The notes under the pieces are model-generated. The model worked only from the letters and a program-made list of their open reading frames with translations, was not told where the DNA came from and searched no databases. 64,000 nt of DNA, taken from positions 64,021,110 to 64,085,109 of the forward strand of contig NC_057718.1 of the NCBI RefSeq assembly GCF_004010195.1, read 5' to 3'. The position numbers and the translations under genes were made by a program. The stretch comes from Chiloscyllium plagiosum (lineage: Eukaryota). This document shows positions 49,830 to 63,120 of this stretch, one piece after another (within the stretch, counting starts at the first letter, position 1; the number at the start of each line of letters is the position of its first letter).

Positions 49830-51830
49830 ATTTAAGAGCAGGAGTACACCACTGAGCCTCGCACACCTTCTCTATCATTTGATAAGATGTCTGTTCTGAT
49901 TATGGTGTCAACTTCACTTTCCTGCCAATCCCCAATATTCTGTGACTCACTTATTTTTAAGGCTTTGACTATCTCTGCCTTAAAAAAAACATATTTAAGA
50001 ACATTGCCTTCCCCTGCTGCCTGGGCAAAGAGTTTCATAGACCTGCAAACCAGAGAGAGAGAGAGAGAGAATCTTTGGCAATATGGGAAATCTTTTATTT
50101 TTAAACTGTGTCCCTTAGTTCAAATCTCTCCCACAACAGAAACATCTTGCCAGCAGCCATCCTGTCAAGTACCTGCAGAATCTTATATTTTTCAATACAA
50201 TTTTATTCTTCTAAACTTCAAAAAATTCAGACCCAACCTGTCCAACCCTTCCTCTTCGGGTAACCGCCTCATTCTAATTATCGGTTAAGTGAACCTGTTC
50301 CAAATATCATTTAATGCATTTTGTATTTTCTTGTCTGCAAAACTACATAGTACTCTAGGTGTGGCCTCACAATTGTCCTATACAACTGTAGCAAAATACC
50401 CCCACTTTCACAAACCATTCCCCTTGCAATATAAACAACAGCATTTCTTTCGTGAAAATAAAAGAAAACTGGAAATCACAGCGGGTCAGGCAGCATTCGT
50501 GGTAATTTTTCGAATGTAGATGAGATTCTACATCTGCTGTAATGAAGAGTCATCTAGACTCAAAAAGTTCGCTTGGTCTCTGTGAATGCTGCCCGACCCG
50601 CTGTGATTTCCAGCATTTATTGTTTTTAGCACTAATTCCGGCATCTGCAATAATTTGCTTCGACATTTCTTTTATCTTCCTAATCACTTGCTGATCATGC
50701 AACTTTACATTTTGTGATACATGTGCCAGAACACCCAGATACTTTGGAACCTTCAGTTTTTGCAATCTCTCTGTATTTAAATAATATGTTGCTTTTCTAT
50801 CCTTCCTGACAAACTGAACAAGTTCATATTTTCCTCAAGTATACTCCACCTGCTGAATGTTTGCTCTCATTCAACCGAACGACACGTCTTCGCAGAGTCC
50901 TTATGTTCTTGACGACTTATTTTCCTAATCATCTTTCTGTCACCGACAAATTTAGCATTCTTTTAGCATTTAACAATTTAGCAATTTCATCCTATCTTTC
51001 ACATCACTTTCGTAGAATATAAAAAATTCAGAGCCCTGCATTGGTCTCTGTGGCATTCTGCTTATTACAGGTTGTCAATCTGAAAATAACCCATTTATCC
51101 CTACTATTTCATATTAACTAACCAATTGTATGACCTGTATATTACCCCTCAGACCAAGAATATTTATTTTGAGTAGTAACTTTTGATGTAACACCTTGTC
51201 AAATGCCTTTTGGAGATCTAAGTGCATCACATCCACAGGTTTCTCTTTATTCACGGTGCTTGTTACTTCCTTATAGGGCGGCAGGTGGCTCAACAGTTAG
51301 CTTTGCTGCCTCACAGCACCAGGAACCCAGGTTCAATTCCAGGCTCGGGTAACTATCTATGTGGAGTTCGCACATTCTCCCTGTGTCTGCGTGGGCGTGC
51401 TCCGGTTTCCTCCCACGGTCCAAAGATGTGTAGGTCAGGTGAATTGGTCATGCTGAATTGTCAGAGGGAAATGTGTCTGGGTGGGATATTCTTCGGAGGG
51501 TCGGTGTGGACTTGTTGGGCCGAAGGGCCTGTTTCCACACTGTAGGTAATCTTATCAACTCTTTTAGTCAAACATGATTTCCTTTTCACAAAGTCATATT
51601 GATCCTTCATGATTACATTAAGAGCTTCAAGAATCCTGCTATAATCTCCTTAATTAAGATTCCAGCAGTATCACCATTACAGAAATGAAGTTTCGTGTAG
51701 CTTTCTGTTTCATGAATCCTTCCTTTCCTGATGTCACAATTTCTAACTTGACTGAATCTAGAAATTTTTGGAAATTTAAAACCAATGCTTCTATTATCTT
51801 AGAAGACACTTATCTTATGAAACTAGAACG
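49830..51830 (-). mobile_element. Highly degraded CR1 LINE with nested PLE-related (~50450-50660) and SINE insertions
   Basis: LKVPKYLGVLAHVSQNVKLHDQQVIRK and remnants of DV.LDLQKAFDKV on the minus strand. Confidence 0.7.
51276..51550 (+). mobile_element. HE1-like SINE
   Basis: Head, B-box and tail as in the other copies. Confidence 0.85.
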
Positions 51831-52009
51831 AAGTCCATTTGGATTTGGGGCTTTGCAAAAGAACTGCTACCGTCAAACTACAGGCACAAAATGGTTGGAG
51901 AAGGAAACAAAATCTAAGTTGACATGAGGCAGAGCAGCAGGAAGAATTTTATGGACTGGAACAGACCCCAGGAACCGGGGTGGGGCAGGGGGTAAGGGGT
52001 GCGAGGAAA

Positions 52010-53100
52010 ATGAGGTCCTCTTCACAATGTTGAGTGTCCTGCCCATGTACCAGATATATGCAGATAAAAGAATGCCAGTGCTGGAGGAGAACCTGCCTTG
52101 GTGTCAGATATTTGCATGATGGTGCACAGTGATCATGATGGTGTACCTGATGCCTTGAGGCCACATGGGAATCCCCTACTTGCACAGAAAGGTCACCGTG
52201 GTGGTGATTTTTTTAATGCATACGTATCAGTCATCTCGCTATCAGGCATGCCACGGATGCCTAATTCCAGAGGGTGTGGTAACACATCCATTTTGACATA
52301 TGGTAGTCAATGCTGCACAGAGGGCATTGAACTTTGTTACCATTGAGGATTCCCCAAGATTCAGGGGTTATTTATTGTAGCCACAATGCCATCGGGAAGG
52401 ATGAGCAAGATAAGTTTCCCACTCATTGGATTCCTGATGATGGGCTTCTGCCCAAAGTGTCCATTCTCCTGCTCTTCGGATGTTGCCTGAGCTGCTGTGC
52501 TTTCCAAGCAACACACTCTCGACTCTGATCTCCAGCATCTGCAATCCTCACTTTCTCCTTCCACTTACTGAATGTGCAGACTATCTGTGAAATAAAGTAC
52601 ATTTTGAGGGCTTAGGCTTGGTGTCAAGGCAACTGGCATGTTTCCTACAAGAGGCCCAGGTACCACACATCTTCAGGCCAACATCCAGATGTTGTGGGTG
52701 AGAGCTGCTGACAACTGTCTGGTACCTAGTTACTACCAGAACCATTTACTTAAAACATACCTGCATTAGGCAGACCATTAGCATATTGAAACTGCAGTTC
52801 CATTGACTTGACCAGTCAAGTTATGCCCTCTGCAATGAGCCAGCCAGAGTTTTCCATTTCGTGGTCATTAGCTGGATGCTCTGGTTATGTCTGTTCTAAG
52901 AATGCTGGCGCTGGATGAACAGAACAGAATGAAATGCCACTCTTCCTCAGAGAAGGAATTTGAGGAGGATGACGATGGAAATGTCACACAGAAGGCCAGT
53001 CCCCGCACTTTGCGGGGACACCACTGACACTGTTCCAGGCAACCTGGCAATCAGCAATCTGTCTGGCCACACTATTTTGTCAAGGTTTCACCTGAGTGGC
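52010..53100 (+). mobile_element. PIF/Harbinger-like transposase relic, interrupted by a PLE fragment (~52430-52560)
   Basis: Frameshifted remnants KVTV, IRHATDA, FPKIQG, GVIYCSHNAI and FHLLNVQTICE resemble Harbinger GFPxVQGxIDCTHVAI...FHSLNVQxxCD. Confidence 0.55.
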
Positions 53101-53400
53101 TCTCAGGCTAATTTCACATGGTTCCCATTTTGAACTTGAACAACTAACACAAATGTTCCATCTAGCACTCACACTTAGATAAACCCATTGTCACTTTGAG
53201 TAATGAGTGCAGCTATGGTCACCATATCATAAAAATGGATATAGAAACAATGAAAAATTTCTTGAGAAGATTTACAAAGATGACACCCGAAATGCGTGGG
53301 CAAAGATATTTGTATTGGATTGACAACTGGGTTTCCTTACGCTTTAAAACAAACTGAGGAATGACCTAATATATATCATTAAAATTATGAAACACTTTTA

Positions 53401-53698
53401 GCACTGCTGCCTCACAGCGCCAGAGACCCGGGTTCAATTCCCGCCTCAGACGACTGACTGTGTGGAGTTTGCACATTCTCCCCGTGTCTGCTTGGGTTTC
53501 CTCCGGGTGCTCTGGTTTCCTCCCACAGTCCAAAAATGTGCAGGTCAGGTGAATTTGCCATGCTAAATTGCCCGTAGTGTTAGGTGCAGGGGTAAATGTA
53601 GGGGAATGGGTCTGGGTGGGTTGCGCTTCGTCGGGTCAGTGTGGACTTGTAGGGCCGAAGGGCCTGTTTCCACACTGTAAGTAATCTAATCTAATCTA
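53401..53698 (+). mobile_element. HE1-like SINE (5'-truncated) inserted in an old CR1 fragment (~53250-53990)
   Basis: B-box GGTTCAATTCC; (atcta)3 tail. Confidence 0.88.
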
Positions 53699-54329
53699 AG
53701 ATTGTGTGGAAACAGAGAGAATCTAGAAACCATCAATATTAGAAAGACACCAAAACAATCTATTGGGAATTAAGAAGAAACTTCCTCTGATAAAGTGATA
53801 AGAATGTAAAACTTACACCATTGGGCATGGTTGAAGCAAATAGCATGGGTGCACTTAAGAGCAATCTAGACAAGTACTTGAGGGAGAAGGGTACAGATGG
53901 ATCTGATAGTAGATTTAGAGGAAAAAAAGGAAGGTTACTAGAATGGACTGGTTGGGCCAATAGGCAATTTTGTGTTGTATACCCAACGTAATCCAATGGA
54001 AGGATGGAATAGGACGGGAAAAAGTCAAAAGCAAGACAAAAAGGAAGAACAAAAATAAATTATCAAAGCATATAAAACAAAAAAAAATTCTACACACTCA
54101 TAGGTAACAAAAGACAAATCACTGCAAGGATAAAAACACTCAGAAACACACAAGTTAAACCTACTAGATTTTGACACCAAAATAGGAGAAATATTGAACA
54201 ATTATATTTCATTGGTATTTACCTGGATAAGACTGAAACATGAAGAAAATATTAATAAAATATAAAGACATTGAAGGTAGAAAGAGGGGAGATAACTGAT
54301 AAAGTAATCAAGCTTATTAAAGTAGAAAG

Positions 54330-54940
54330 GGAGACAATGAGGTCTGCAAATGCTGGAGATCAGAGTTGAGAGTGTGTTGCTGGAAAGGCAGGTCGGGCAG
54401 CATCCAAGGAACAAGAAAATCGATGTTTCTGGCCAGAGCCCTTCTTCAGGAATGAGGCTGGGAATCTTGGGGGTGGAGAGATAAATGGGAAGGGGGAGGG
54501 GCGGGGATGAGATGCATTGGAGGGCATCTTCAATCACGTGGGAGGGGAAATTTCGGTCTTTAAAGAAGGAGGCCATCTGGTGTGTTCTGTGGTGTGTTCC
54601 TCATTTCCACTTCCCCCACCTTACCCCAGTCCCAACCTTCCAGCTCAGCACAATCCTCATGACCTGTCGATCTTCCTTCCCACCTATCCGCTCCACCCTC
54701 CTCTCCGACATTTTACCTTTACTCCCACCTCCATCCACCTATTGCACTCAGCCATCTTCTCCCCAGCCCCACTCCCTTCCCATTTATCTCTCCAACATCC
54801 CCTTCGCCCATGCTCCCCCCCCCCCCCCCACAGGCTCCCAGCCTCATTCCTGAAGAAGGGCTCCAGCTGGAAACGTCAATTTTCCTGCTCCTTGGATGCT
54901 GCCTGACCTGCTGTGCTTTTTCAGCAATAGTCTCTCAACA
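54330..54940. mobile_element. Penelope-like inverted two-arm insertion
   Basis: pLTRs at both ends in opposite orientation; 17-bp TSD with one mismatch CTTAT(T/A)AAAGTAGAAAG (54313-29, 54941-57). Confidence 0.8.
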
Positions 54941-56027
54941 CTTATAAAAGTAGAAAGCTTTGGCTCCAGCCAGATTTAGTCATAGTCATAGAGATGAACA
55001 GCATAAAACCAACTCATCCACCCTGGCCAGATATCCTAATCTAATCCCATTTGCCAGCACTTGGCCCATATCCCTCTAAACCCTTCCTATTCATATACCC
55101 ATCAGATTTCAGCGCCAGTAAAAGGGACTGTGGACTTTCAAATAAGTTCAAGACAACGCTACGCTCAAAAGTGTTAAGAATGGTAAGGGTGGAACTCCCT
55201 ATGACAGGGGATAGTTGAGGAGTGTGGCAACGGATGTATTTATATAGATTCTAAATAAGTAGATTAGGGAGTAAGGAAAACAAGGAGATGCTGACAGGGC
55301 TAGATGAAGAGAAGTGGAAGGAGAGTCATGTAGAACAGATGTTGGCATAATGTGTTTGCACAGCATAGTCGGATTGTCTGTTGTAGATTTTATGTAGCTC
55401 TATGAAAAGGACTCCATACCACTAATCCCAATTCTAATACACATTGCGATATTTAAAAAAAAATCATGTTGAACTAGTTGGCTAACAAGGCTATTTTCAT
55501 TTGTATCCTCCTTTTGAGTTGCCAGCTTTTCAAGTTTTTAGGTTGCTATGCAAGTTATAATAATGTCCAAATACTATTTATCTGATATTACTTCATGCAC
55601 GAAAATCAGAATAACGTCTTGCAGTTACATAGTGCTTTTCACAGCCACTCGTCTTTCCAAAGCAGTTCAGTTAACGAAGTACATTGTGAAATGTCGTAGC
55701 AACAGGAGCAAATTGCTGCAGATGCTGGAAGCTGGACTGAAAACAAAAAATGCTGGAAATCACAGCGTGTCAAACAAATTACTGTTGTAATGTAGACGAC
55801 TGATAGATTGTTGACTTATTCTCATTTCTGACATCGCCAAATAATATTGACATTTAAATTCGACCAACAACTTCAGGAAATGTTTCGATTGAAGGTCTTA
55901 ATTTCATAAACAATTTGTAAACTACAGGCGCGTAGACTCCAAGCTCTAGATTTCCCTCCATACCACTCTCTAACTCCTTTTTGAGTAAGGTTTTGCACAA
56001 TTAAATCCAAATCTGGTTAGGAGTCAT

Positions 56028-56240
56028 GATTTGGAGATGCCGGTGTTGGACTGGGATGTCCAAAGTTAAAAATCACACAACACCAGGTTATAGTCCAACA
56101 GGTTTAATTGGAAGCACTAGCTTTCGGATTGCTGCTCCTTTATCAGCCACAACCACCTGATGAAGGATCGTCGCTTCGAAAGCTAGTGCTTCCAATTAAA
56201 CCTGTTGGATTATAACCTGGTGTTGTGTGATTTTTAACTT
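56028..56240. mobile_element. Penelope-derived fold-back mini-element (family B)
   Basis: ~60-bp inverted arms; 14-bp TSD TGGTTAGGAGTCAT (56014-27, 56241-54); hammerhead core at 56154-56188 with a weakened helix II. Confidence 0.85.
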
Positions 56241-56289
56241 TGGTTAGGAGTCATTTGATTACATGTAAGGCACTATATAAGTGCAAGTT

Positions 56290-57020
56290 GTTGTTGTTGT
56301 TGAAGTAAGCGGCTGGGCGGGCTTTTCAAATGCAGGGAAGCGGCTTTTCGATGACGAGGAAATGTCTCTGAGGAAGAAGTCGGCGAAGTGCGGCCGGAAG
56401 GTGCGGGGAGGACCCGCTGGAGATCCTGATCCTTCAGACATCGGGCTGGCGAGAGAGCGGCAGCGCAGGCTCCTGCAGGTAAAGGCCGGCCCAGGCTCCC
56501 GGCTCCAGTCCCCGGGACTGACACCCCGAATCCGGCTCCACATCTCAGGCCTCGCCGTCCCCCAGCCCGGCCCCCCGCTCTACAGGCCTCGCGCCTCACC
56601 CCGCGCGCGGGAACCGTTAGCATTTCCAGCGGGAGGTTGTGGGGGGAGAAGGGGAAGGCCATGTCTTAACAACTTGGGAAATGGAGTTGAAGTGGCGGCG
56701 CTGGGTAAACCTGCTCGGGAAGTAAATATTACAAACTTCCGCCTGTTGTTTACAAACGTAACATTATGATTTCGGTCATTTTTTTGTTAGTTAAAAGTGA
56801 AGTTGCCTCCCTCCTTCCTTTGGTTAAAGGCTTCACTTGGCTCCCGGGCCCGCAGTGAGGCCGCGGGAGTTGCAGCGTAGTTACTGGGAGCACAGAGGCC
56901 CGGCTCAGGCCACCCATCCCGGTTACCCTCGGAGGTTAGACCGACGTTGGCAAACTCAGCGGAGGTCCTGGTGTGTGAACATGAGCTGGACTTCATCCCG
57001 GAAGTTCAAACTTCCGATGG
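56290..57020. promoter_or_regulatory. CpG island / probable promoter of a second gene
   Basis: Very GC- and CpG-rich against CpG-poor flanks. Contains GC-rich boxes and ETS-type motifs (CCGGAAGT ~56998, ACTTCCG ~56735 and ~57010). Confidence 0.75.
56362..56478 (+). CDS. Putative first coding exon of an unidentified gene (MSLRKKSAKCGRKVRGGPAGDPDPSDIGLARERQRRLLQ)
   Basis: ATG in gaggaaATG context inside the CpG island; 39 codons ending at a good phase-0 donor CAG|GTAAAG. No downstream exon was identified. Confidence 0.4.
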
Positions 57021-57494
57021 ACTTGAATTTTTGCTGCAGATGGAGTGTCTCTGCTCAGGAGCTCACTATCAAAAGCCAAGTTCAGGATTTACTTTCATAT
57101 TACCCCGGAAACCTTATACTGGTTAATACCTGACCTGGCTCTGAGATTGGCCAGGATAAATGACCTGAACATCACACTCCAGACCTGACTCAACTACCCC
57201 AGTATCAACTTACCCCAGTACTGCCTTGATCTGATCAAATTCCTCCCCAGTCATTCACTCACTGAAAGACTTGAGTCATTTCAAAACTTTCAATGCCATG
57301 AAAAGGTATCCTGTCTTTGTCCTTTCTTGCATTCATTGGTCTTCGGTGTGGTACGTTGTACTGACCCATCAAAAATTCAATCTGGATTATAAATTCCAGC
57401 CACAAATTTGCAAAAGGATTAGGTTACAGAAATCTTTGTGGCAGTGCCAGTTGACCAGGAGATCTGGGCCATCATCTTTATTCTGCAGCTTCTG

Positions 57495-60400
57495 ACCTAA
57501 TGTTGTGCCTTTATTTAAGAAATGTTGAAAGGAAAATCCAGGGAACAGTAGACCAGTGAGTCAAGACTAAGTAGAGTTAGTCAACATGGTTTAATGCATG
57601 GGAAATTTTGTATCTCAAACTTGAGTTTGTTGAGACGTAACCAAGAATACAGACATGGGCAGAGCATTGTCTCCACGGACTTTAGCAAGGCCTTCAACAA
57701 AGCTCCACACAGTAGACTGGTTAGTAAAGTATGGTGCTGGAAAAGCACAGCAGGTCAGGCAGCTTCCGAGGACCAGGGAAATCAACGTTCTGGGCAAGAG
57801 CCCTTAATCAGGAATGAGCCTTGTGATCTGAGGGGGTGGAGAGATAAATGGGAGAGTGGGTACGTTAGCTGAGAGTGCGATAGGCTGGGGGGATAATGGT
57901 GATAGGTCAGAGAGCAGGGTGGAGTAGATTGGTGGGAAGGAAGATGGACAGGTCATGAGGGCAGTGCTGCTTTGGAAGGTTAGAAATGGGATAAGGTGGG
58001 GAGACGGAAATGTGGAAACTGGTGGTCTGAGTTGATGCCATGTGGTTGAAAGGTACCAAGGCGTTGGGTGGTTAGGGTGTGGCGATGGAGGAGGCCCAAG
58101 ACCTGCATCTCCTGTGGAGTGGCAGGAGGAATTGAAGTGTTCGGCCATAGGGTTGGTTGGTACGAGTGTCCCGGAGATGTTCTCTGAAGTACTCTGCAAG
58201 TAGGCATCCTGGCTCGCCAATGTAGGCGGCGGAAGAATTGTTCGATGTCTCGCTGCGTGTTGAACTCGTTAATCCTGAAGAAGGCTCATGCCCGAAATGT
58301 CGATTCTCCTGCTCCTTGGATGCTGCCTGACCTTTCCAGCAACACATTTTCTGATCTCCAGCATCTGCAGTCCTCACTTTCTCCTCACCAACGTAGGCCC
58401 CGCATCGGGAGCAACGGATATAGTAAATGGTATATGTTGATGTGCAGGTAAAACTCTGACGGATGTGGAAGGCTCCTTTGGGGCCTTGGATGGAGGTGAG
58501 GAGGGAGGTGTGGAAGCAGGTTTTGCATTTCCTGCAGTGGCAGGGGAAGGTGCTGGGAAGGGAGGGTGGGGTGCGTGGACCTGACAAGAAAGTGGGGGAG
58601 GGAAAGCAGATAGGGGTTGGGAGGGAAATATATCTCTGGTGGTCGGGTCGGTTTGTAGGTGGCAGAAATGGCAGAGGATGATGCGATGTATATGGAGGTT
58701 GGTGTGGTGGAAGGTGAGGACAAGGGGTGTTATAGAGTCATAGAGATGTACAGCATGGAAACAGACCCTTCGGTCCAACCCGTCCTTGCCGACCAGATAT
58801 CCCAACCCAATCTAGTCCCACCTGCCAGCACCCGGCCCATATCCCTCCAAACCCTTCCCATTCATATACCCATCCAAATGCCTCTTAAATGTTGCAATTG
58901 TACCAGCCTCCACAACTTCCTGTGGCAGCTCATTCCATACACGTACCACCCTCTGCGTGAAAAAGTTGTCCCTTAGGTCTCTTTTAATCTCACCCGAAAT
59001 GTATGCCCTCTAGTTCTGGACTCCCTGACCCCAGGGAAAATTCTGTCCTTGTTGTGGTTGGAGGGTGGGGTTTGAGGGCGGAGGTGCAGGAAGTTGATGA
59101 GTTGCGCTGGAGGGCATCATTAACCACATGGGAGCGGAAATTGCGGTCTTTGAAGGAGAAGGTCACCTGGTGTGTTCTGTGGTGTATCTGGTCCTCCTGG
59201 GAGCAGATGCGGCGGAGGGGGAGGAATTGGGAATAAAATTTAGCATTTTTACAGAAGGCAGGGTGGGGGGAGGTATAGTCCAGGGTGGGGGGAGGTATAG
59301 GTCAGGTTTAGAGAAGGTGTCCATGTTGAGTCGGTCACTGTTGACGGAGATGGAGGTCCAGGAAGGGGAGGGAGTTGTCGAGATGGTCCAGGTGAACTTA
59401 AGGTCAGGGTGGAATGTGTTGGTGAAGTTCATGAACTCTTCAACCACCTCATGGGAGCACGAGGTGGCGCCGATACAGTCATCAATGTAGCGGAGGAAAA
59501 GGTGGGTAATGGTGCCAGTGTAACTGTGGAAGGTGGATTGTTCCACATACCTGACAAAGAGACAGACATAGCTGGGGCCATGTGTGGAGATGAGTTCAGT
59601 GGGGAAGAAGGCTTGCGAATTTTGGGTAGGAGTTTGAACCAGGCAGTGTGGGGTTCCCGGACTGAGGTTGGAAGCTGTTAGTGGGAGATCCCCTGAGGTA
59701 ATGAGATTGTGTAGAGTCTGGGGAGGTGATGGGGGTGAGGTCATGGTCAAGGGGACAGTAGGAAGAGGTGTCTTCAATTTGGCGCCTGGCCCGGTTTATT
59801 CCTGATGAAGGGCTTTTGCCCGAAACATCGATTTCGAAGCTCCTTGGATGCTGGCTGAACTGCTGTGCTCTTCCAGCACCACTAATCCAGAACCCAGCTA
59901 TGCGTGTCTCTTTGTTGGTTACGTGGAACAGTCCATCTTCCGCAGTTACACTGGCACCATTCCCCACCTTTTCCTGTATTTGATGACTGTATCGGTGCCA
60001 CCTCGCACTCCCACCAGGAGGTTGAACAGTTCATCAACTTCACGAACACCTTCCACCCCGACCTCAAGTTCACCTGGACCCTCTCAGACACCTCTCTCCC
60101 CATCCTGGGCCTCTCCATCTCCATCAACAGTGATCGACAAACCCACCGACTCTCACAGCTACCTGGACTACACCTTCTCTCACCCTGCCTCCTGTAAAAA
60201 TACTACCCCATATTCCCAATTCTTCTGCCTCTGCCACACCTGCTCCCAGGAGGACCAGTTCTACCACAGAACACACCAGATGACTTCCTTCAAAGACCAC
60301 AATTTCCTCTGCAATGTGGTTGATGTTGCCTTCTAGTACATCTCATCCACTTCCCGCACCTCCACCCTTGAACCACATTCATCTAACCGCAACAAGGACA

Positions 60401-62350
60401 GAACCCCCTGGTCCTCACCTTTCACCCCATCAATCTCCGTATACATTACATCAACCTCTGCCATTCCTGCCACCTACAAACATACCTCACACCAGAGATA
60501 TATTTTCCTCCCCACCCCTTTCCACTTTCTAAAAAGACCATTCCCTCCACGACTCTCTTGTCAGGTTCATGTCCCCCACCTGCCCCTGCCACTGCAGGAA
60601 TTGCAAAACCTGCACCCACATTCTCCCCCCCCACCCCCGGCCAAGGCCCCAAACTAGCCTTCCACATCCATCAGAGTTTTACCTGCACTTCCACATACAT
60701 TATTTGCTGCATTCGTTGCTCCCAATGCGGTCTCCTCTACATTGTGGAGACAGGACGCCTACTTGCAGAGTGCTTCAGAGAACATCTCCGGGACACCCGC
60801 ACCAACCAACCCAACGCCCTGTGGCCAAACTCCCCCTCCCACTCCACCAAGGAGATGCAGGTCATGGGCTGCCTCCATCGCTGCACTCTAACCACCCAAT
60901 GCCTGGAGGAAGAACACCTCATCTTCCGCCTTGGGACTCTCCAACCACACGGCACCAATTTGGACTTCACCAGTTTCCTCATTCTGCTCCCCAAAGTTAT
61001 CCCAGTTCCAACCTTTCAACTTGGCACCATCCTCTTTACTTGTCCTACCTGTCCATCTTCCTTCCCACCTATCTGCTCCACCCTTCTCTCCGACTTATCA
61101 CCATTACCCCCACCTTCATCTACCTATTGCACTCTCGGCTATCTTCCCCCAACCCCACCCCTCTCCCATTTATCTCTCACCCCCCTCGGTTCACAAGCCT
61201 CATTCCTGATGAAGGGCTCTTGCTTGAAATGTTGATTCTGCTGCTCCTCGGATGCTGCCTGACCTGTGCTCTTCCAGCACCACACTCTCGACTCTGATCA
61301 CCAGCATCTGCAGTCCTCACTTTCTGCTGGTTAGTAAAGTTAGATGAAATGGGATGCATGGTTACATAATTGGCTTGATAGTAGGAGACAGAGGGTGGTT
61401 GCCAAGGATTTTTTTCCAGATTGGAGGCCTGTGACCAGTGGTGTTTTGCAGGGATCAGTGCTAGGTCCACTGTTTATTTGTCATTTTATGTAAATAGTTT
61501 GGATGAGAATATAGAAAGTATGGTTAGTAAGTTTGTGGGTACCACCAATTTTGGTAATTGGTGGTATGGTGGACATTGAAAAAAGTTATCTCAGAGTACA
61601 ATGGGGTCTTGATCAGCTGGGCCAGTGGGCTGAGGAGTTGCAGATGAAGTTTAATTTAGAAAAGCCAGGGCAGGACTTGTACAGTTAATGTTAGGGCCCT
61701 GGGGTATGTTGCCGAACAGAGTGACTTGGGGGTATGCGTATATAGTTCTTTGGAAGTGGCATTATAGATAGATGTGGTGAAGAAGGTGTTTGGCACGCTT
61801 GCCTGCTTTGGTCAGAATATTGGGATGTCCTGTGGCTGCATAGAACATTGAGGCCATGTTTGGAGAACTGTATGCAGTTCTGGTTGATCTACTTTGGAAG
61901 GATGTTGCTAAATTGGAAAGGGTACAGAGAAGTATTACAGGGATGCTACAGGGACTGGAAGATTTGAGTTATAAGGAGAGGCTGGATAGGTTGGGACTTT
62001 TTCTGCTGGAGCATAGGACATTTATAAAATTGATAAGATGAATAGTTGGGTCTTTTTTCCTGGGGTAGGGTAGTCCAAAACATGAGGTTATAGGTTTAAG
62101 GTGAGAACAGAAAGATTTAAAAGGAACTGAGGAGCAACATTTTCAGTGTGGTGCATATACAGAACGAACTACCAGAGGAAGTTAGAGGCAGGTACAGTTA
62201 CAACATTTAAAAGACATTTGGACAGGTACATGAATAGGAAAGGTTTAGAGGGATATAGGCCAAATTGCAGGCAAATGGGACTCATTTAGTTTGGGAGACG
62301 TGGTCAGATGAATTAAACTGAAGGGTCTGCTTCAATGCTATATGACTATA
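57495..62350 (+). mobile_element. Host CR1 LINE (57495-57730 and 61327-62350) split by the PLE composite
   Basis: DFSKAFNKAPHSRLVSKV continues after the TSD into QGSVLGPL and LERVQRSITGMLQGLEDLSYKERL. Confidence 0.85.
57731..61326. mobile_element. Composite Penelope-like element (RT + GIY-YIG endonuclease remnants in two inverted arms) with nested insertions
   Basis: RT motif LFLRYIDDCIGA...FTNTFHPDLKFTW on both strands; endonuclease FTCTSTYIICCIRCSQCGLLYIVETGRLLAECFREHLRD; 14-bp TSD CTGGTTAGTAAAGT (57717-30, 61327-40). Confidence 0.88.
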
Positions 62351-62659
62351 ACTGCTGCTGGCTTTTCTTGGCCCACTCAGCTTTCAGCAGATAGCTTTAA
62401 GGTCTCAATGTGAGGTTGAATTTTAAGTTTTACTGCAAAAGCTGTTACCTGGTTTCTCAGTAAAATGTAATTGCAAATTTAGGAAACCAAATGGACTGGA
62501 GGAATTAAGATCTGGGAATACATATAGGTAAAATACTGGAAATATAAATGCAAGTAGGTTATAAAGTGTAAATAAAGTATAAACATTGATTCTGAGATGA
62601 TACAAAAGCAGGGAGGTAATATATTAACGTTCAAATTTATATAGTCTTGACTAGCTTGC

Positions 62660-63120
62660 ACAGATTTGGCTGATTGACAGAAGGCAGAGAGTAGGGGGTA
62701 ATGGGGTCTGTTTCAGGTGGCAGCTTGTCATCACTGAAATTCACAAAGGTTGGTGCTGAGACTACAACTATTCATGTTATACATTAGTGATCTGAACAAA
62801 GAAATTGAGGTCATTGTTGCTAAGTTTGCAGATGACATAGGTGAAGGAACAGATAGTATTGAGGAAACCTTGAGGCTGCAGAAGGATTTGGACATGCTAG
62901 GAGAGTGGACAAAGAGTATTGCATCTGCCATTTATGTGAGAAAGTGAGGTTGTGCACTTTGGTAGGAAGAATAAAGACATAGACTATTTGCTAAATGGTG
63001 AAAGGCTTCAGAAATCTGCAGCACACAGGCACTTGGGGATCGTTGTTTAGGATTCTCTTAAGGTTAACATGCAAATTCAGTTGGCGGTTACACAGGGAAA
63101 TGTAGCATTAGCATTCATGT
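62660..63120 (+). mobile_element. CR1 LINE RT fragment
   Basis: LFMLYISDLNKEIEVIVAKFADD...LQKDLDMLGEW. Confidence 0.8.

Noticed and set aside
56273..56662. Minus-strand 129-aa ORF (MAFPFSPH...) as PRR18
   Set aside because: Only superficial N-terminal similarity, and none of the conserved PRR18 motifs I recall. GC-rich islands readily give open frames, and this ORF ends in a SINE-type tail.
62483..62527. Possible small plus-strand exon (AG...GT) as exon 2 of the CpG-island gene
   Set aside because: Reading in phase 0 from the putative first exon ends in TAG, the polypyrimidine tract is weak, and there is no homology support.
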